Of a stretch of 64,000 bases of DNA, positions 1 to 13,518 are shown one piece after another; position 1 is the first letter of the stretch, and each line of letters opens with the position of its first letter. Location of the stretch: assembly GCA_965235115.1 (NCBI GenBank), contig OZ249436.1, positions 33,606,001 through 33,670,000 of the forward strand, written 5' to 3'. A program made the position numbers and the translations under genes. Under the pieces are notes generated by a model. The model saw only the letters and a program-made list of their open reading frames with translations. It ran no database searches and was not told where the DNA came from. This stretch comes from Laetmonice hystrix. Its lineage: Eukaryota.

Positions 1-1694
1 AGCACTTTTTAAAGAAATGCTCTGAAGTAACCTTGTGTATACCAAGGGTTAGGTGTGTACCTCAGAATAGGTGTATACAAAGTGTAAATCGTTATACACC
101 GCTGATGAAAACAACCCGGCGTGATTCTTTACCGTGAAAAACACATCAAATGTCCTTAACTAGAATCTGTAACTGGTTATCCAAATTTCGAAATTTGTAT
201 TTAATCTATTTCAAAATAACTTGCTGACGCAGTTTTAGCCTTTTAAGCAGAAATTTAGTTTGCAAATAATTTGGTAGGCTCTATATACGTGCGGTAACAA
301 TGTATAGCTACACTATATTCACCCCGTGATTGGCAGCAAAATGGCTTGAAATTGGAGAAATCGGCATGACTGTCAAACCTAGTTGGATTAACTTGTGATT
401 GGACATCGTCTCCAAGACGGTATCATGTGATCACACGTCGTCTATGTTCGTAGTTATAAGTTATGCTCCCTGGCACCACCGATATAGATCTACTATATTA
501 TCGACGCCGCAATGAACCGGAATAATCCGGTCGTGAGGCGCGTCACCCGAGCAGACGACACTCACTTAACTTGACGTGGTCATACGTCAAACATGATACG
601 GCCTTGGCGTGATCTGTGACTGCGTAACCCAGCATTGAGTGACGAGCAGGAGGCCAAAATCGAAACTACGAACCGTGATGTTTAATATCGTTAACAGCAA
701 CGACGTCCCGCGGTCTTATAACGGTCTTGTACGTCTGAGGCATACGGAAGATGTCAGGAAGACCAGCGACGCTGTCTTCGGTATCATATCGACTTTTTGT
801 TCCATAGTGATACTTCAAGAATTCCTACCCTCAGTTATGTTCCTGGAGCGTTAAAGAACATGCAGAGCAGCCGAAAAAAGATGTTTGAACGGAGGACGTG
901 TTTCCTGGTATCCTGTGGTTGGCAGAAGTGATAATTGGCTAGGAGGGGATGTTCAGCGATGAAGGCTACGTTTTGAAGTATATCCCAAGTCGACACATAA
1001 TTAATTATACCGTTGATGTCTTGTAACTAGACGTGAAAAAGGTAACACACCTCCCATCATCAGGCATTTGAGATTTTTGAGCTCCATACCTTCTAGACTT
1101 AAACCCTCCGATATATTCATCAGCGGAAATTTACTCTCAGATATCACATAACATGATATGCTTCATTCCCAAATGGTAGCATGAGACAGCAGAGTAGGAA
1201 TCGTTGCAATTTGCTATCTAATAGAAAGATGATCATGATGGTTCGGTTTTCTGGCGTCAGCATCCGTGAAATTTCATGATAGGATTTCTTTTTCATGCAA
1301 TTGTATTTGCGTGTCTATTTCGATCTTACGACAGCTGAGATAGAATGAATCAAAATTATGATATCAACCAATTGCAACGCCACACGTTGTATTGTACGCT
1401 CTCAGGACTGAAGACCAAAATGATCTATTTGTCTATGTATTTTTGTGACGCTCGGCGCCAGGTTGCCGCCATGTCTAGGCGCGGTTGTGATATGGTTACT
1501 CACTTATTTTGATATGACAGCTTTGTTATAATTAAGCTTTCATAATTATGATCGCATCAACCTGATCAAGAATAATTACGGCGGAGACTGCAGCAATAAC
1601 ATTTAAGTTAGAAGATTAAACGCATGTGATACACTTCTTTTGTATATTTCCATCCTGATTCATCATAGAAAGGCTTCCTTAAGTTAAGACTCAC

Positions 1695-2273
1695 CTGTCT
1701 TGATAATGTGGCTTCATTTTCATACATTGTAGCCTCGGCAGGCTCGTCGTTATATGCGTCTAGAGTTACAGTGACCGTGGTACACGGGTACTTAGAGTTG
1801 CACCCCTTGCCACAAGAACAGCGTCTCTCATCGCTTGCCTCCTCCCACCGGATCGGGTTACAAACAGTGTCCTCGAAATGCATGGCCCTGTGGTAAGGTG
1901 CCACGATAAGTACCCCAATCACAATGAGCGACACCACACTGGAGAGAATGAACAAGGCCAGGCACATATAAAGGCAAATCGTACAGGGTCGGGAGCGGAT
2001 GCAACTCCTCAAGGCAGAAGTCCGCTCTTTGTTGGGCTGGTGGTGGCCCACCTCGACCCCTCCACCGGCCGAACTTTCCTCGTCTTCCGTATTGATGGCG
2101 TCATCTTCCTCGTCCTCGTCCTCATCCTCATCGTCTTCGTCTATGTCTTCCTCCTCTATGTCTATGTCCTCGATGTCCTTCTGTTGCAGGGTGATGATGT
2201 CTTTCTCCGAGGAGGCGTCGTCCTCGGGGTAAAGGTCCCCGTCCTTGTCGCCGACCAGCGCCAAGTTGAGCAT
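1695..2273 (-). CDS. Coding exon A of a BK-channel beta-subunit-like (KCNMB family) gene: N-terminus, TM1 and first half of the extracellular loop (193 codons); the remainder lies in an exon not found in this window
   Basis: ATG at 2273 (gccaggATG, A at -3) with an in-frame TGA upstream at 2342-2340. Translation gives an acidic tract (DIEEEDIDEDDEDEDEDEEDD), a hydrophobic TM (LYMCLALFILSSVVSLIVIGVLIVAPY) and the loop FEDTVCNP...CSCGKGCNSKYPCTTVTV...YENEATLSRQ. This matches the KCNMB pattern C..CG.xC...YPC.xV.V. The exon ends at a consensus donor CAG|GTGAGT (1695/1694), phase 0, so the ORF tail VSLNLRK... is intronic. No specific KCNMB orthologue can be assigned. Confidence 0.88.
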
Positions 2274-3157
2274 CCTGGCCGACCCGTGTCCAGACCCCCG
2301 GTTCCCCAGTTTGCTGCCTTTTCCACTTAACAACAAACCTCAAGTCAATCTCCGCGTGGGTGCGGTAGCGGCAGCGGGGACGCTGATGGAAAGGAAGCCA
2401 CTCGGGCGGTCACGCTATCCCCATGTGGTAGCAGACGGACTGGCTGCACCCTTGAGCGCATCATTTCATGAAGGAACGGGGGGGAAAATATCCAGTGGAG
2501 TATTCTGTCTATACACTTATACCAAGCCAGTATGTCAAGAACAGGGCGTCAGGGCAAGGATGATGTGAAGGAATCAATAACATCAACAACTGCAACTTTT
2601 CAGCAGGGTGGCCTCCGATGTGCACTACAGCATCCTATCTACCTTGAGTCTCATGTGGGCTGTACCGGTGATCGCGTTCTCGTTTTCGCTTGATAAAATC
2701 CGTCTCATGAATCACTGCACACGAGTTCATTTGGCGAACAAAGGCAAAATGTTCACTCCATACATCTGTCAGAGTAAAGCATGCAGAGGATGGCCGTGTC
2801 TGTGTATGGCAACGAGTTAGCTCTTTCAGTGCACTCGCTATCGTCGATGCGCACCAATTCGAAGTTGTCCGAATGAATCACTAGTTTTCCCAAAAGCCCA
2901 TGAAGTAATACGCCATTATTATGCTGACCATTACCTGTTCCATTCGGCACGAGCCGTATTGACAACAGGTAACGTCAATATCCTGCCGCTCGCCAGCACG
3001 AGTCAACCTGAACTAAACGTCCTGGTAGCACGTATTCCCCTGTTTTGCCGCAACCTTGTTTGTCGAAACGCGTGGCTGGTATGCGCGCCAACTGCGCGAG
3101 CACGCTGTTGGATTGTGCCAGGCCGTCAGGGACAAGAGCTGCAACAACCGTACGGTG

Positions 3158-3161
<4 letters not shown>

Positions 3162-3212
<51 letters not shown>
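3162..3212. repeat. (CAG)n/(CTG)n microsatellite, about 17 units with one CAA interruption
   Basis: Read directly. It generates the spurious poly-C, poly-A and poly-S ORFs at 2959-3303. Confidence 0.95.
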
Positions 3213-3215
<3 letters not shown>

Positions 3216-5944
3216 GAGAAAGTACCGTTGATGACGTTGCACAGCGTTGCTGGCGGCGTTCGCGCTGTTGTCCTAGCCCTGGCCTCCAATAGAGATAGTG
3301 CACGTCGAATCAGCTGGAAGCCAGCTTCTTGTGTTCAATCAGTCAATGGGCGGAACCGTACAGACGCTGAATTCACGGAATTAATGATCTCTAAGGCTGA
3401 CCTTCCACGCTCTTTCATTTGCCCGGGTTAATCGAGGTGGATTTCTTTTTTTGTAAGTGTTGGGGGGAATTGCTGCTGGAGGAGCTCACTCGCATGTGCT
3501 AACGCAATAAACACGTGCCCTCGTGGTCTGTAGCATGGGTTGATATGTATGAGATAATTTACTAGTTACTTGGCGACAGTGTCCTGCGGGTGGTGGTGGT
3601 CAAATGTTTGGACTTGCGAGGGTATGTGAAAGGTCAAACGGCCTCCCCATCTCGGGGTGAAGGGTAGATTTGTCACGGTCACACCTGGTTGACAGGTGCT
3701 GTAGCCAACTCCAATTCATATCGCCCAACGTGAATGAAGAGCCGGTAAAGTGCGAACAGGGAGCGAAACTACATGTAATTGCCATTGACAACAGCTATCG
3801 TATTTACCGTTGTTCGGCGTGCGACTTTGGCGATCAGCCCTGACCCCCAATTTACTGGCGGCCAGTGGCATGCCATTCTGACCGCACTTAGCAGTGAGTA
3901 CCGTTTGACAACAGCACGTGACATGTCTAGTCGATGTCGAGACACGAGGAGGCCATCAACGCCGCAGTTAGGTTCAATTAAATGCATCATTTATTTCGCG
4001 GTTGGTGTGATTGGATTGAGTGAAAAGGGCAAACAAAAGGGGAAATGGGCTACATATAGTCGACAACCCGACTTAACGTCAGCAATGGTTTTACTTCGTG
4101 AGCACAGTGAACTAAGCGCTGTTCATAATGACCCTCCTACATGGGATATCTTCAAAGGCAACCATCTGTCACTAACAATGTCACTAAGGCAATGAAAGAG
4201 CGTATAAAAATAAAACCAAGAAAGTAACAAATTAATATGAAAAAATGAGGGTATGAATACATGCCATAAACATGAATCTATCATACTGAATGACTCTAAC
4301 ATTATGAAGTTGGCCGCCATGTGGTATGCACTGATCTGACGGATACGAACGCCAATAGGGGAGGATTAGGTCAGTTTGATAAAACCTTAACGTTCTTAAC
4401 TTCGACTTACAACTTTGTTCTGACAACTCCATGCATTTCTTTTACCATATTTAACATCCAAATCGAGTTAGTTTAAAAAAATTATCTCTGCTTTTTGTCC
4501 CTCACACTTATTGACTTCCTGTGAGAAAAATCAGTATCAAATCCATAGGTGCAGCCACTTTTGGACCAAGTTTGAACTATTGACTCCTCACGGGATCGAC
4601 ACCTTGCAATCCATTATTGAATGGGTGACTGTGAAAATAGCTCCCTATTCCAAACCTTGTAATTTTCTAACCTTGTTCTCGCCGTGGGGAGCAGAATTCA
4701 GCAACGGTACATTAGGTTGAGCAATCTTCGAAATCGATGGAAAATATGATAAAATATTCTTACAATAATTGTACTACGAATCCGTTTTTATATAAAGCGA
4801 TTAAGATTTCGAAAATAACCTTAATGTATTTGGAGATAAATAATATTAAAGCCAATAAATTGAGAAGCTCAGATAATTTGACTTTACGTCACGAAACATG
4901 GCCCAAGTCGCACTCATGCCACGCATTAGGATTGCGAAGAAATCCCATTTCTGGGATAATACGGCTTACAGTCACTGTCTGTACTTTGCTTAGCAGCTCA
5001 AAGTCGGTCAGCCATTAGGAATCCTACACTAATGACCATTAGCTGGCCTCGTTAAGTTGGAAGTGACCTGCACCGCCGCTTTGACGCGGCGCATACTGAG
5101 TACGCCGGAGATGGCAGTGTCCACTCTCAAAGCAGAATAAAAACAAATGGATCCCATCTTTGGAATTGATTCCTTACCATTAGATCACGATAAACCAGTT
5201 AACTGACTGTTGTGTACAGCAGACCTCCTTATTTGAGATAATCAGTTCTAATTAGCCGCACTTACATTAACTAGGAAAGGCACAGCGTCGCCTAGATGCA
5301 TCAAAGGATAACAAAATTATGCACTTTGCATCCGGTCTTTGATAAAGTAAAATAAAAACAAAAGAGGTAAAACGGAAGTAATCTCCTTAAGAAAACGGAA
5401 GAAGAGATTGCCCCCCCCCCCCCAAAAAAAAGATAAGAGTGAAATGTCTGGAACTTGTTCATCTCTCCTTCAATCTCCCGTTATCTGGAGCTCGTTTGGT
5501 TGAGAGGAAATTACGTAAGCGCCTTGCGTCGTTGATCGCATCCCGTCAGAGCTGTTCATCCTTCGCTGTCATTAGGTAGGAGGACGTCACTACGGTCGCC
5601 CGAGTGATCGGCCCATCCAAGGCATGCATAACTAAGTATTTGATCCTCAACACATTAATGTAATTATCAAAGCAAAGGAATGCCTCATGCATGCCAGATC
5701 ATCGGCAGATTACTACAGACGGGCAGCAGCATCAGTATCAGACATATATAGGTAAGTGTGTCTATACGTTATAAACTTCTAGTGCTAGTGAATTTAGACT
5801 TATACTATAAACTCGTTCTCCCTCTCCATTTGACCTTTTCTCCGGGAGGGCCATTTTCCTCTTTCAAACCGTTTTCTATACTGTAAGGTGACACACAGCT
5901 GGGCTGAACATGACAAGAAGGCTAGAAATAGAAATCTACTATAT

Positions 5945-6065
5945 CAGGCACGGATCCAGGGGTACGTCTCCCCCTTCAGTTGGCCGAGCATAGTTTAGTT
6001 TTAATTAATGCCTTTTCTGTAAAAAGTCTGTGTCCACCTTTAAAAAAATCCTGGATCCGTGCCAT
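5945..6065. mobile_element. Short MITE with CAGG..GGATCCAGG termini (hAT-like)
   Basis: Left end caggcacggatccagg (5945) is inverted to cctggatccgtgcc (6050-6063). Flanks tactatat/tatatata are only an imperfect 8-bp TSD. Related ends occur at 13519, 13673, 21713 and 23150. Confidence 0.6.
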
Positions 6066-7122
6066 TATATATATAGGCTTGGAAGCCATCTCCCTGGAGA
6101 AGAGAAATACGTTGCCAAGGGAACGATTGTGACCTTCAACCCACTGTGAAGCCAGCCCTGCTCCCCTCTCGCCTCCTGAGACTATTAACCGGGCATAACA
6201 AATTAGAAGATGTCCATTTTTTTGCGACCCAAGTCCATTATTCCATCGTGGTTGAATTATGAGTCGCGCAGAGATGTTTCCAATTTCAGAGTATTTTCCA
6301 TGCTGTAAATAATCCTCAAGTATAATATCAGACAAATTCGATCGGTTTTTAAAATTCGGTACGTAAGGACTTCCATCCAATTGATGAGGTTTCCTGACTC
6401 CGTTCTGTTTAAAAGCTCAACATTCTGTTTTCCCTCGGTGTAAAAGAGGGTCTCACTTTTACCTACTATGCATCTCCACCAAACTGATGCTCGTAGGTGA
6501 CCCCACGGTCACCTTATGTTCTAAACGATTCACCACTTGGGGCCCAACTCCTATCTCTCCGAGATAGATTTTTTTTATTCACGATAAACATTTTTTTCTG
6601 CTGTATTTTATCGGCGGCTCGCCCCATGATGTTGTACAACTCGACCGTATACGTGATGAAGATGGGAAAGGGCGAATGGTCCGGCAAGCAGGTGGAATAC
6701 CGCCTGTGTTATCGTCAGATGGCCCATAAAAATACACTTCCCAATAAGTACCTCACACTTTTACACTATCACTAAGAGTTTGGTCATCGGCATAAAATAT
6801 TGATTGGTGCATAAATAATAATTAAACAAACGTCGGTTGTAATAACATGAATAGAAAAGGGGTGCATGTTTAAAAACTGTTTTCTTGGTTTTAATTGAAA
6901 TGTACGAATAAATCCCCTGCCACTGCTGATACGTCAATTCTTCGCCAATAATTATTATCGAACAGGGGATCGGATAGCTGAACAGGGAATCAAAATGATC
7001 TTTATTAACAATATTTTTATATCACTAATTTTTAATAGCCTAAACAGATTAGAATCAGGTTCCTGATAAGAGTAAGCAACAGCGGATGTAAGGACTACGG
7101 TTTGACCGAGCTTTCTTCAATA

Positions 7123-7569
7123 CCAGAACTGCCGCGCCCACCAATCACTCCCCCATTGCCGCCCAGAACTCCCGCGCCCACCAATCCCTCCCCCATTGCT
7201 GCCCAGAACTCCCACGCCCACCAATCCCTCCCCCGTTGCTGTCCCGACCAGAACTGCCGCGACCCCCAATCTCTCCCCCATTGCCGCCCAAAACTCCCGC
7301 GACCACCAATCCCCCCCATTGCTGTCCAGAACTGCCGCGACCACCAATCCCCCCCCCATTGCTGTCCAGAACTGCCGCGACCACCAATCCCTCCTCCATT
7401 GCCGCCCAAAACTGCCGCGACCACCAATCCCTCCACCATTGCCGCCCAAAACTCCCGCGACCCCCAATTCCTCCCCCATTGCCGCCCAGAACTCCCGCGA
7501 CCACCAATCCCTCCTCCATTGCTGCCTAGAAATCCCGCGACCACCAATCCCTCCTCCATTGCCGCCCAA
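7123..7569. repeat. GC-rich minisatellite, about 40-bp unit (ccagaactcccgcgaccaccaatccctccccattgccg-like), about 11 copies
   Basis: Unit starts at 7123, 7163 and 7203 give a period of 40. The plus strand is C-rich and the minus strand G-rich. Confidence 0.95.
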
Positions 7570-10500
7570 TGTTTCTCTCGGTCGCAGCACACACACTTGC
7601 AGTGATTGCTTCCTTTGTCTATTGGCGTTCACGCCTCTAAAGACGCTGTTCGTTGGAGCACAGGGTGCAGATGTTTCACAGGCGCTCAGAGCAAAATCGT
7701 CCTAGAGGTTAACATTAGTCGAACTCCCGCGCTTGGCGTTTTACTTGGCGAACACATCAAAAGGGAATGTTCTTAGAACAGGGGATCACACGTCTTACAG
7801 GTCTGAGACCGAACCCGTCGAACCTTGCTAGCCCAACCTCGGCCAATAAATGTCACGGTGGCGCGTAAGGACAAAGGGATAGGTGTCCGTCCTGAGAGAC
7901 TTACACCAATCTCTTCTTCAGCTCTACCTTAAAGGACACTTTCGCAAAAGCGTTGACCTTGTCTGGCTATCAGCAACGTTTATATCCTCCTTTCATTTCA
8001 GATAACAGGGCTAAAAATCCATAAAAGGCGTGATATTTAGCAATAATGTGTCTAAAAGGAAGTTTTCAAAAACAATTAAACCGTCAGCCATTTGTAAATG
8101 GCACATCCTACCGCAAATTGTCATCTAATTCGCATCTTTTTGAGGTTTTATTTACCAAACCGGACCATGCCATGCAAGAGCAGTGGATGTGATAATACGT
8201 CCAGCCCCAAGCCATACGTCAGCTCAGGGCTGTAGGCGGAAATTTGACACATCTCCATCGTTTGACGCTGTGACGATGCTCCCTTAAGTCGGATTGCCAT
8301 TTAGATTCCAGGTTTAATTGATTAACTAACCATTGGTGTCTATCTAGCATATACGTACACACAGACACTGGGACGAGAGGGGGTATAGGTGGGGCATCGG
8401 ACTTGTCCTATAGAGGTGGCCCTGCCACTGTGAATATCTTACGTCCTGACCCCTATAGGGAATATATCGGATCAACCTCCCCATGCCCCACCGGAATATC
8501 TAAATATCCTGTGGCTATGGTAAAGTAGTTTAATATAAGGAGGATTGCCCGTACATGTGTGAGATATCAGGCCACCGACAGATTCCCTCCAAATAAACCC
8601 CGGATGTAATACCGACAGAGGTAATACGGGCATGTGTTAGCCAAAGATATCAACTCGGTCAGACCTCGCCCTAATTATAGTTCATATACTTTCATCAGAT
8701 TAAATCAAAAATTTAATGTCCTTTCTGTCATTCCAGTCGCAATTACATCTTATCACGTGAAATCAATTTATAAGTTTCCAATGCCCCCATGGCCAGTTCG
8801 CAGAGTTAGTGTTGTAGTAGACTGCCGGAGGCAAGATCTTCCGTGCCATAATATGCAGGCAGAGTTTGAACGAGGCGACTTACAAATTGACTTATACATA
8901 CTATTAGCTATAACATGTTCGGGGTGCACGGCTTTGGTTGTCATACCGATTTAAACCAATCTACCTCTACTCAAGAGGATGAAGCTCTCATTGCGCATCC
9001 TTTGGTGACACTATTCAGCATCTTAAAGACCGTCCTATCTCAGACAAATGGAAGGAAGTGGAAAGGGAGTAACTTAGTTCATGCAGGTTGGAGACATGTG
9101 GCTATGATTCGAGTCAATAATTAAGACAGTTGTCATCTTGTGGGCCCGTCCGCAGCTGCCGCCTATTAAACACTGCAGCGGTGCATTTCCTGTGGGCAAC
9201 TCTTAATATCCGCACCGATGAATTGCTAACGGAGGCTGCTGTCTCTCCTGCTGGCAGCAGTTCCGGGACGTCTTTCGTTAAAAATGCCTGTGTTGCCATT
9301 GTTGACTTGATATTGGTTCAGATCCAAGACCAAAGCCTTTGTACCTTCATGGAAGCACACAATGTCTCATCTCTGGATGACTGTCATGCATGCTTGGCTA
9401 ATATAAGGGCGTTCCTCAAATCAAAATTTTCTACTCCCCTTAAATGGCAAACGACGAAATGCTCATTTTCTCTGTGTACGAGCGTACGCTTTCATCTTCT
9501 CCGCCTAGATACCAAAGTTGGGAGAGGCGACATTTACAAGTGGCCTAGTTCCCTGTAAGAATAGCGGGTCCGATCTGGTATAACGTCCATTTCTACTCAA
9601 ACACTTTGAATCTTGAGACTGATGAGAGAGAATGCAGGTCGAAAGGCCACACTGTGATCTCGGCGCAACACTGGCCATATTACCTCTAGAACCCACTCTG
9701 TCTTTGCTGTAACCGTGAGGACGGAACTGGTGGCCGGGGAGGCTGGACCGAGGCCGTGCCGGTCCTTACCAGCGATGGTTGAGGGCGATCTGCCAATATT
9801 AGAAGTCTCCTCCATCCTGTTATATGACAATGGGCCCGGGACGAGACGGGGGCCCTTGGAAATATCAGGGCCCAGTGGCGTGCAGGCATCACTTTCTCAG
9901 GACGTACTCGGAGATTGTTTCACAACGGACAAGATTCTTCTAAAGGTCGGATTCACTCGTAGATAGCATCGGACGGCGGAGAATCGGACCGACATGTCAT
10001 CTTTGTATATTATGAGCCGTCAGATTCTACTCAAGTGTTCCGATACTGTATGATGTATAGGACCTCACTGATGTTGTACAAGATATATACAGTAGTTGGA
10101 CAAGAAAACGGGGGAGAATGGAAAAAAGACAGCGGCAATGAAGATGTATGCCTACCCTACCTTTCTAGGTATCAATCAATCCCCAAACCATGGTTTCAGG
10201 GTGACTTTACAAAGCAGCATGTATAGATAAAAAGACCTATGATTTAAAATATTCCTTGATGGGCGCCGGGGAGTCGAATTTCGCTAACCTTTCAAACCCG
10301 CTGAAAGACTACAGTATATTTTCCATTACGTCTACCCACATAATGGAACATGTGTGCTAATGTTTGCCCTGCCATTTGGACCTCCAAACACCAAACGTTG
10401 TAGCGAGCGAGCACGGATGCCAAACGTCACGTGACAAGGCACGCGAGACGTAGGCATACACTTTTTTCCTAAAGGGCTTTCTGTGTGCAAAGGGCTTTCC

Positions 10501-12578
10501 GTGTGCGCATGCTCCAAACAGGTATTCCTGCCCGACTAATTATGCCAGAATTCAAGGCCATAAAAATATTGCGAGGAAAGCCAGAATTCACTACATCGCC
10601 TCCTGGGACGAAGTGGACCTTTATCTCAAGAAAAAAACCCGGTAGTTTATTGTTTTGCAGGCTTCTGACAACCGCCGTAATCAAATTAAACACTGGGAAG
10701 AAAGCTATGATTCTTCCAACACCTATAATCTCAGATATTATGCGCCGAAATTGGTTTCAAGAATGTCCCACAAGAACCACGTCCTAATAACTTGACGATT
10801 TCTGACGACCTACCACACGAGTCGTCAGCATCAATCATCGGCCAATTATAGCCGCAATGATCTTATGTTTCATTCCTTCCTCATATTACATCTAAAACCT
10901 AGGAAACTGTCTGACTCACCAATAACGTATTATATGAAATAAATTAACGAAGCTATCATAACGGTGCCGTCGTAATTACACATTTCCCTTTGCATTTACA
11001 AGTCTCTTGGTTCAAAGAAAAAAAACTTCTAAGATATTTGAATGAGAAAGAACTCGGCGAGATTAAATCGGTAACGTAATGGGATATAGGTAAGAATGGA
11101 CTTATTTAAACGGTCTTTGCAAATTGAAATTGATCAGTCCCTGTGCAATGTTTCCATTCTCATGCCATGGATGATTATCTTTGTAAGCAGTCAGGATTTT
11201 TGCTGAAATTATTCACGACAATATGTCATTAAAAGGAAAAATGAGTCAACTTCAAAGGAGTAACATACAGCCTAGGCACCATTAAGCAATACCATCTGGT
11301 CAATACCTATAAATTCGTGTAAGGGAACAAAATGCAATGTCAGGCACGATTTTTTATTCTAATTTCTAATTAAAAATGCATGACCAAAGATTGAAATATC
11401 GGAAGATTATCATAGCTAACTCGACTTATCAACACTGCATGAGCAGGGGATATTGGTTTGCAGGGCGAATGCCAGTGAGTGTAATACATATAGGCCTAGA
11501 CTTCCACGAATGTATAGTTTCTTTTCAAACTTACTAAGAAAACATCAGTTGCAATATATCCGTTGAAACGTAGAGTGGCTTTTAGAAATTGCATATGAAA
11601 ATAATGAAAATACTTCACAGGACACTAAATTATGGTAGATTTAATTGCTATGCTCTCTCACGCCCTACAATACCTGTTAACTGTCAGATAAAAAATGCTT
11701 TTTAAATAATAGTCCTTCATATCAATTCTATGAGAGTATTCTAGCCAGAATCAGGGGATGCACAGCAACGTCCATAATAACATGACTCATTAGGGGGAAG
11801 TCGTCCTGTCTGAAGGAATTAGGCAGAACCACTGATTAACACCGTAAGTAGGTTCTTAATTAATCAATGTTCTCCTTTCTATATCGGCAGTTACATATAA
11901 AAGTATAATACCACTTCAATGGCGATGTACAGCTTGAGTTTAAAAACCTCTCGACATGAAAAACTCGGGCCTAGGGAAACATAAATCCTTTTATTGGGGT
12001 ATTCCCGTTGGTATATAGCTCCAGGTTATATTATACAGCATGAATGCATTTCCCGGTCTGACACACAGTCCTGTCAAGAGAGGGCGCTTCGATTACATGT
12101 ACGAAGTTTTTTTTAGCGCTCGAACAAATTGAATCCACCTTGCTCGAGGCTCCTGCGCGTTCGTTATTATACGAGTAAAATGCGACATCATTTAGATGCC
12201 GGCTGGCGCAGGGAACCTCTGATATGGAGTGCTATCATCATTATAATGGAACGTTATTCATCACAGAGCACTGCACCGAAAAACCAATGGTGAAAAAAGG
12301 GCGAAGAATTAAACGGAATGTCTCTTTCAAGCAAGTGCTCTTGGGCCCTATATTGATTGACATACAGTTGGTGGTAATGGGCACGAGATACTTTAAACGA
12401 CTCGGCACTAGGTAGGGGGTATGGATTTAAACTTAAATGAGGATATGAAACTCTTCTCACATTCAGTCCATCAGCTGAGTTTCCGGTGCCAAATGTTATA
12501 ATTGAATTGCACGCCAGGACGCGTACTGAGAGTTACGGTTCGGTATAAGTGAAACTTAGGGCCGTATTTTAAAACTGT

Positions 12579-12647
12579 CCTTAAGGCAAAGGATTTCCTT
12601 TAGTCTATTGAAATTCAATGGACAAAAGGAAATCCTTTGCCTTAAGG
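12579..12647. repeat. Near-perfect 69-bp palindrome, probably the core of a MITE remnant
   Basis: 34-bp arms ccttaaggcaaaggatttcctttagtctattgaa and ttcaatggacaaaaggaaatcctttgccttaagg, with 2 mismatches and a 1-nt centre. Confidence 0.9.
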
Positions 12648-13518
12648 GGGGGGGGGGTCGGGTGTAGAAATGGAAGAGGGCTAGATTTTCGTGCAAAATT
12701 GTGCATCACCCCTTTGGGAGGGGGCAGTTTTCGGCGAAGGACAAATCCGTTTCAATGAACCCCCTGAGCGGCTATACATTTTGATTTCCGATAAACAAAT
12801 AAAAGGTCTATTTCTCTAAAATAGTGGTTTGCTTCTACAATACGATCCAACTTGCCCCAAATACGGCGGACCCCTATGTTAGCCTAATCATTGCTATATG
12901 GACCGAATGTATATCTGTTTGTAGGAATTGATGGGATGGATTCATGTAGGCTAACTAATGAAACCCTTAAAATCCTATCGCTTATATTAATCAACATTAT
13001 CAAAGGATTAACCGCTACATTATATTAAGTACTTAATTGTCAAGAACTATCTATAGACTATATCTTCAGATCCTTTGAAGTAGCAAACTGAGGCCATGAA
13101 GTGTTCATTATGTTTGTATCATGGCTGTGTAAGAGGGTATACATGTACAATGTATACCTCTTTCTATAAACAGACATGACACAACCGTTACCGCGGCGTT
13201 CGTTTGGTTCTTACATTAGACACCAGGTGCTGATGCATGTCGAACAGTGCACATGTGGATCACAGTACTAGCACCGCCACCTGGTGTTTCTGAGAAAATC
13301 AACCCATCGCCTCGCTGCTGATAACCGCTTTAACCCAGGCTGGCAGAAACCTTTTTTTACATGAAGAGTGGATATCAACATTTCTGTGTATTTTATTTTA
13401 TCGTATGTATTTCTTGAATGTGCAATTTATTAATTTGAGCAGTATACATAATTAGCATTATTTGGTAATGAAGACATTGGGCTGGAAGATCCTATCTGAC
13501 ACTACCGCCCAATGAGAG

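Noticed and set aside
1..25. Possible acceptor catttctttaaaaAG|TGC T.. at the extreme left edge that could start a C-S exon
   Set aside because: The acceptor is weak and A-rich, and only 4 exonic bases are visible. It cannot be supported without flanking sequence.
1608..1694. C-terminal tails of the ORF-track proteins after RQ (also 41849-41875)
   Set aside because: They follow consensus GT donors and similarity between the paralogues ends at the donor, so they are intronic read-through.
2959..3303. Poly-Cys, poly-Ala and poly-Ser ORFs
   Set aside because: They are artefacts of the CAG/CTG microsatellite.
7095..7705. Pro-rich and Gly-rich ORFs in all frames
   Set aside because: They are translations of a 40-bp minisatellite whose unit is not a multiple of 3. 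They are open on both strands with no splice or homology support.
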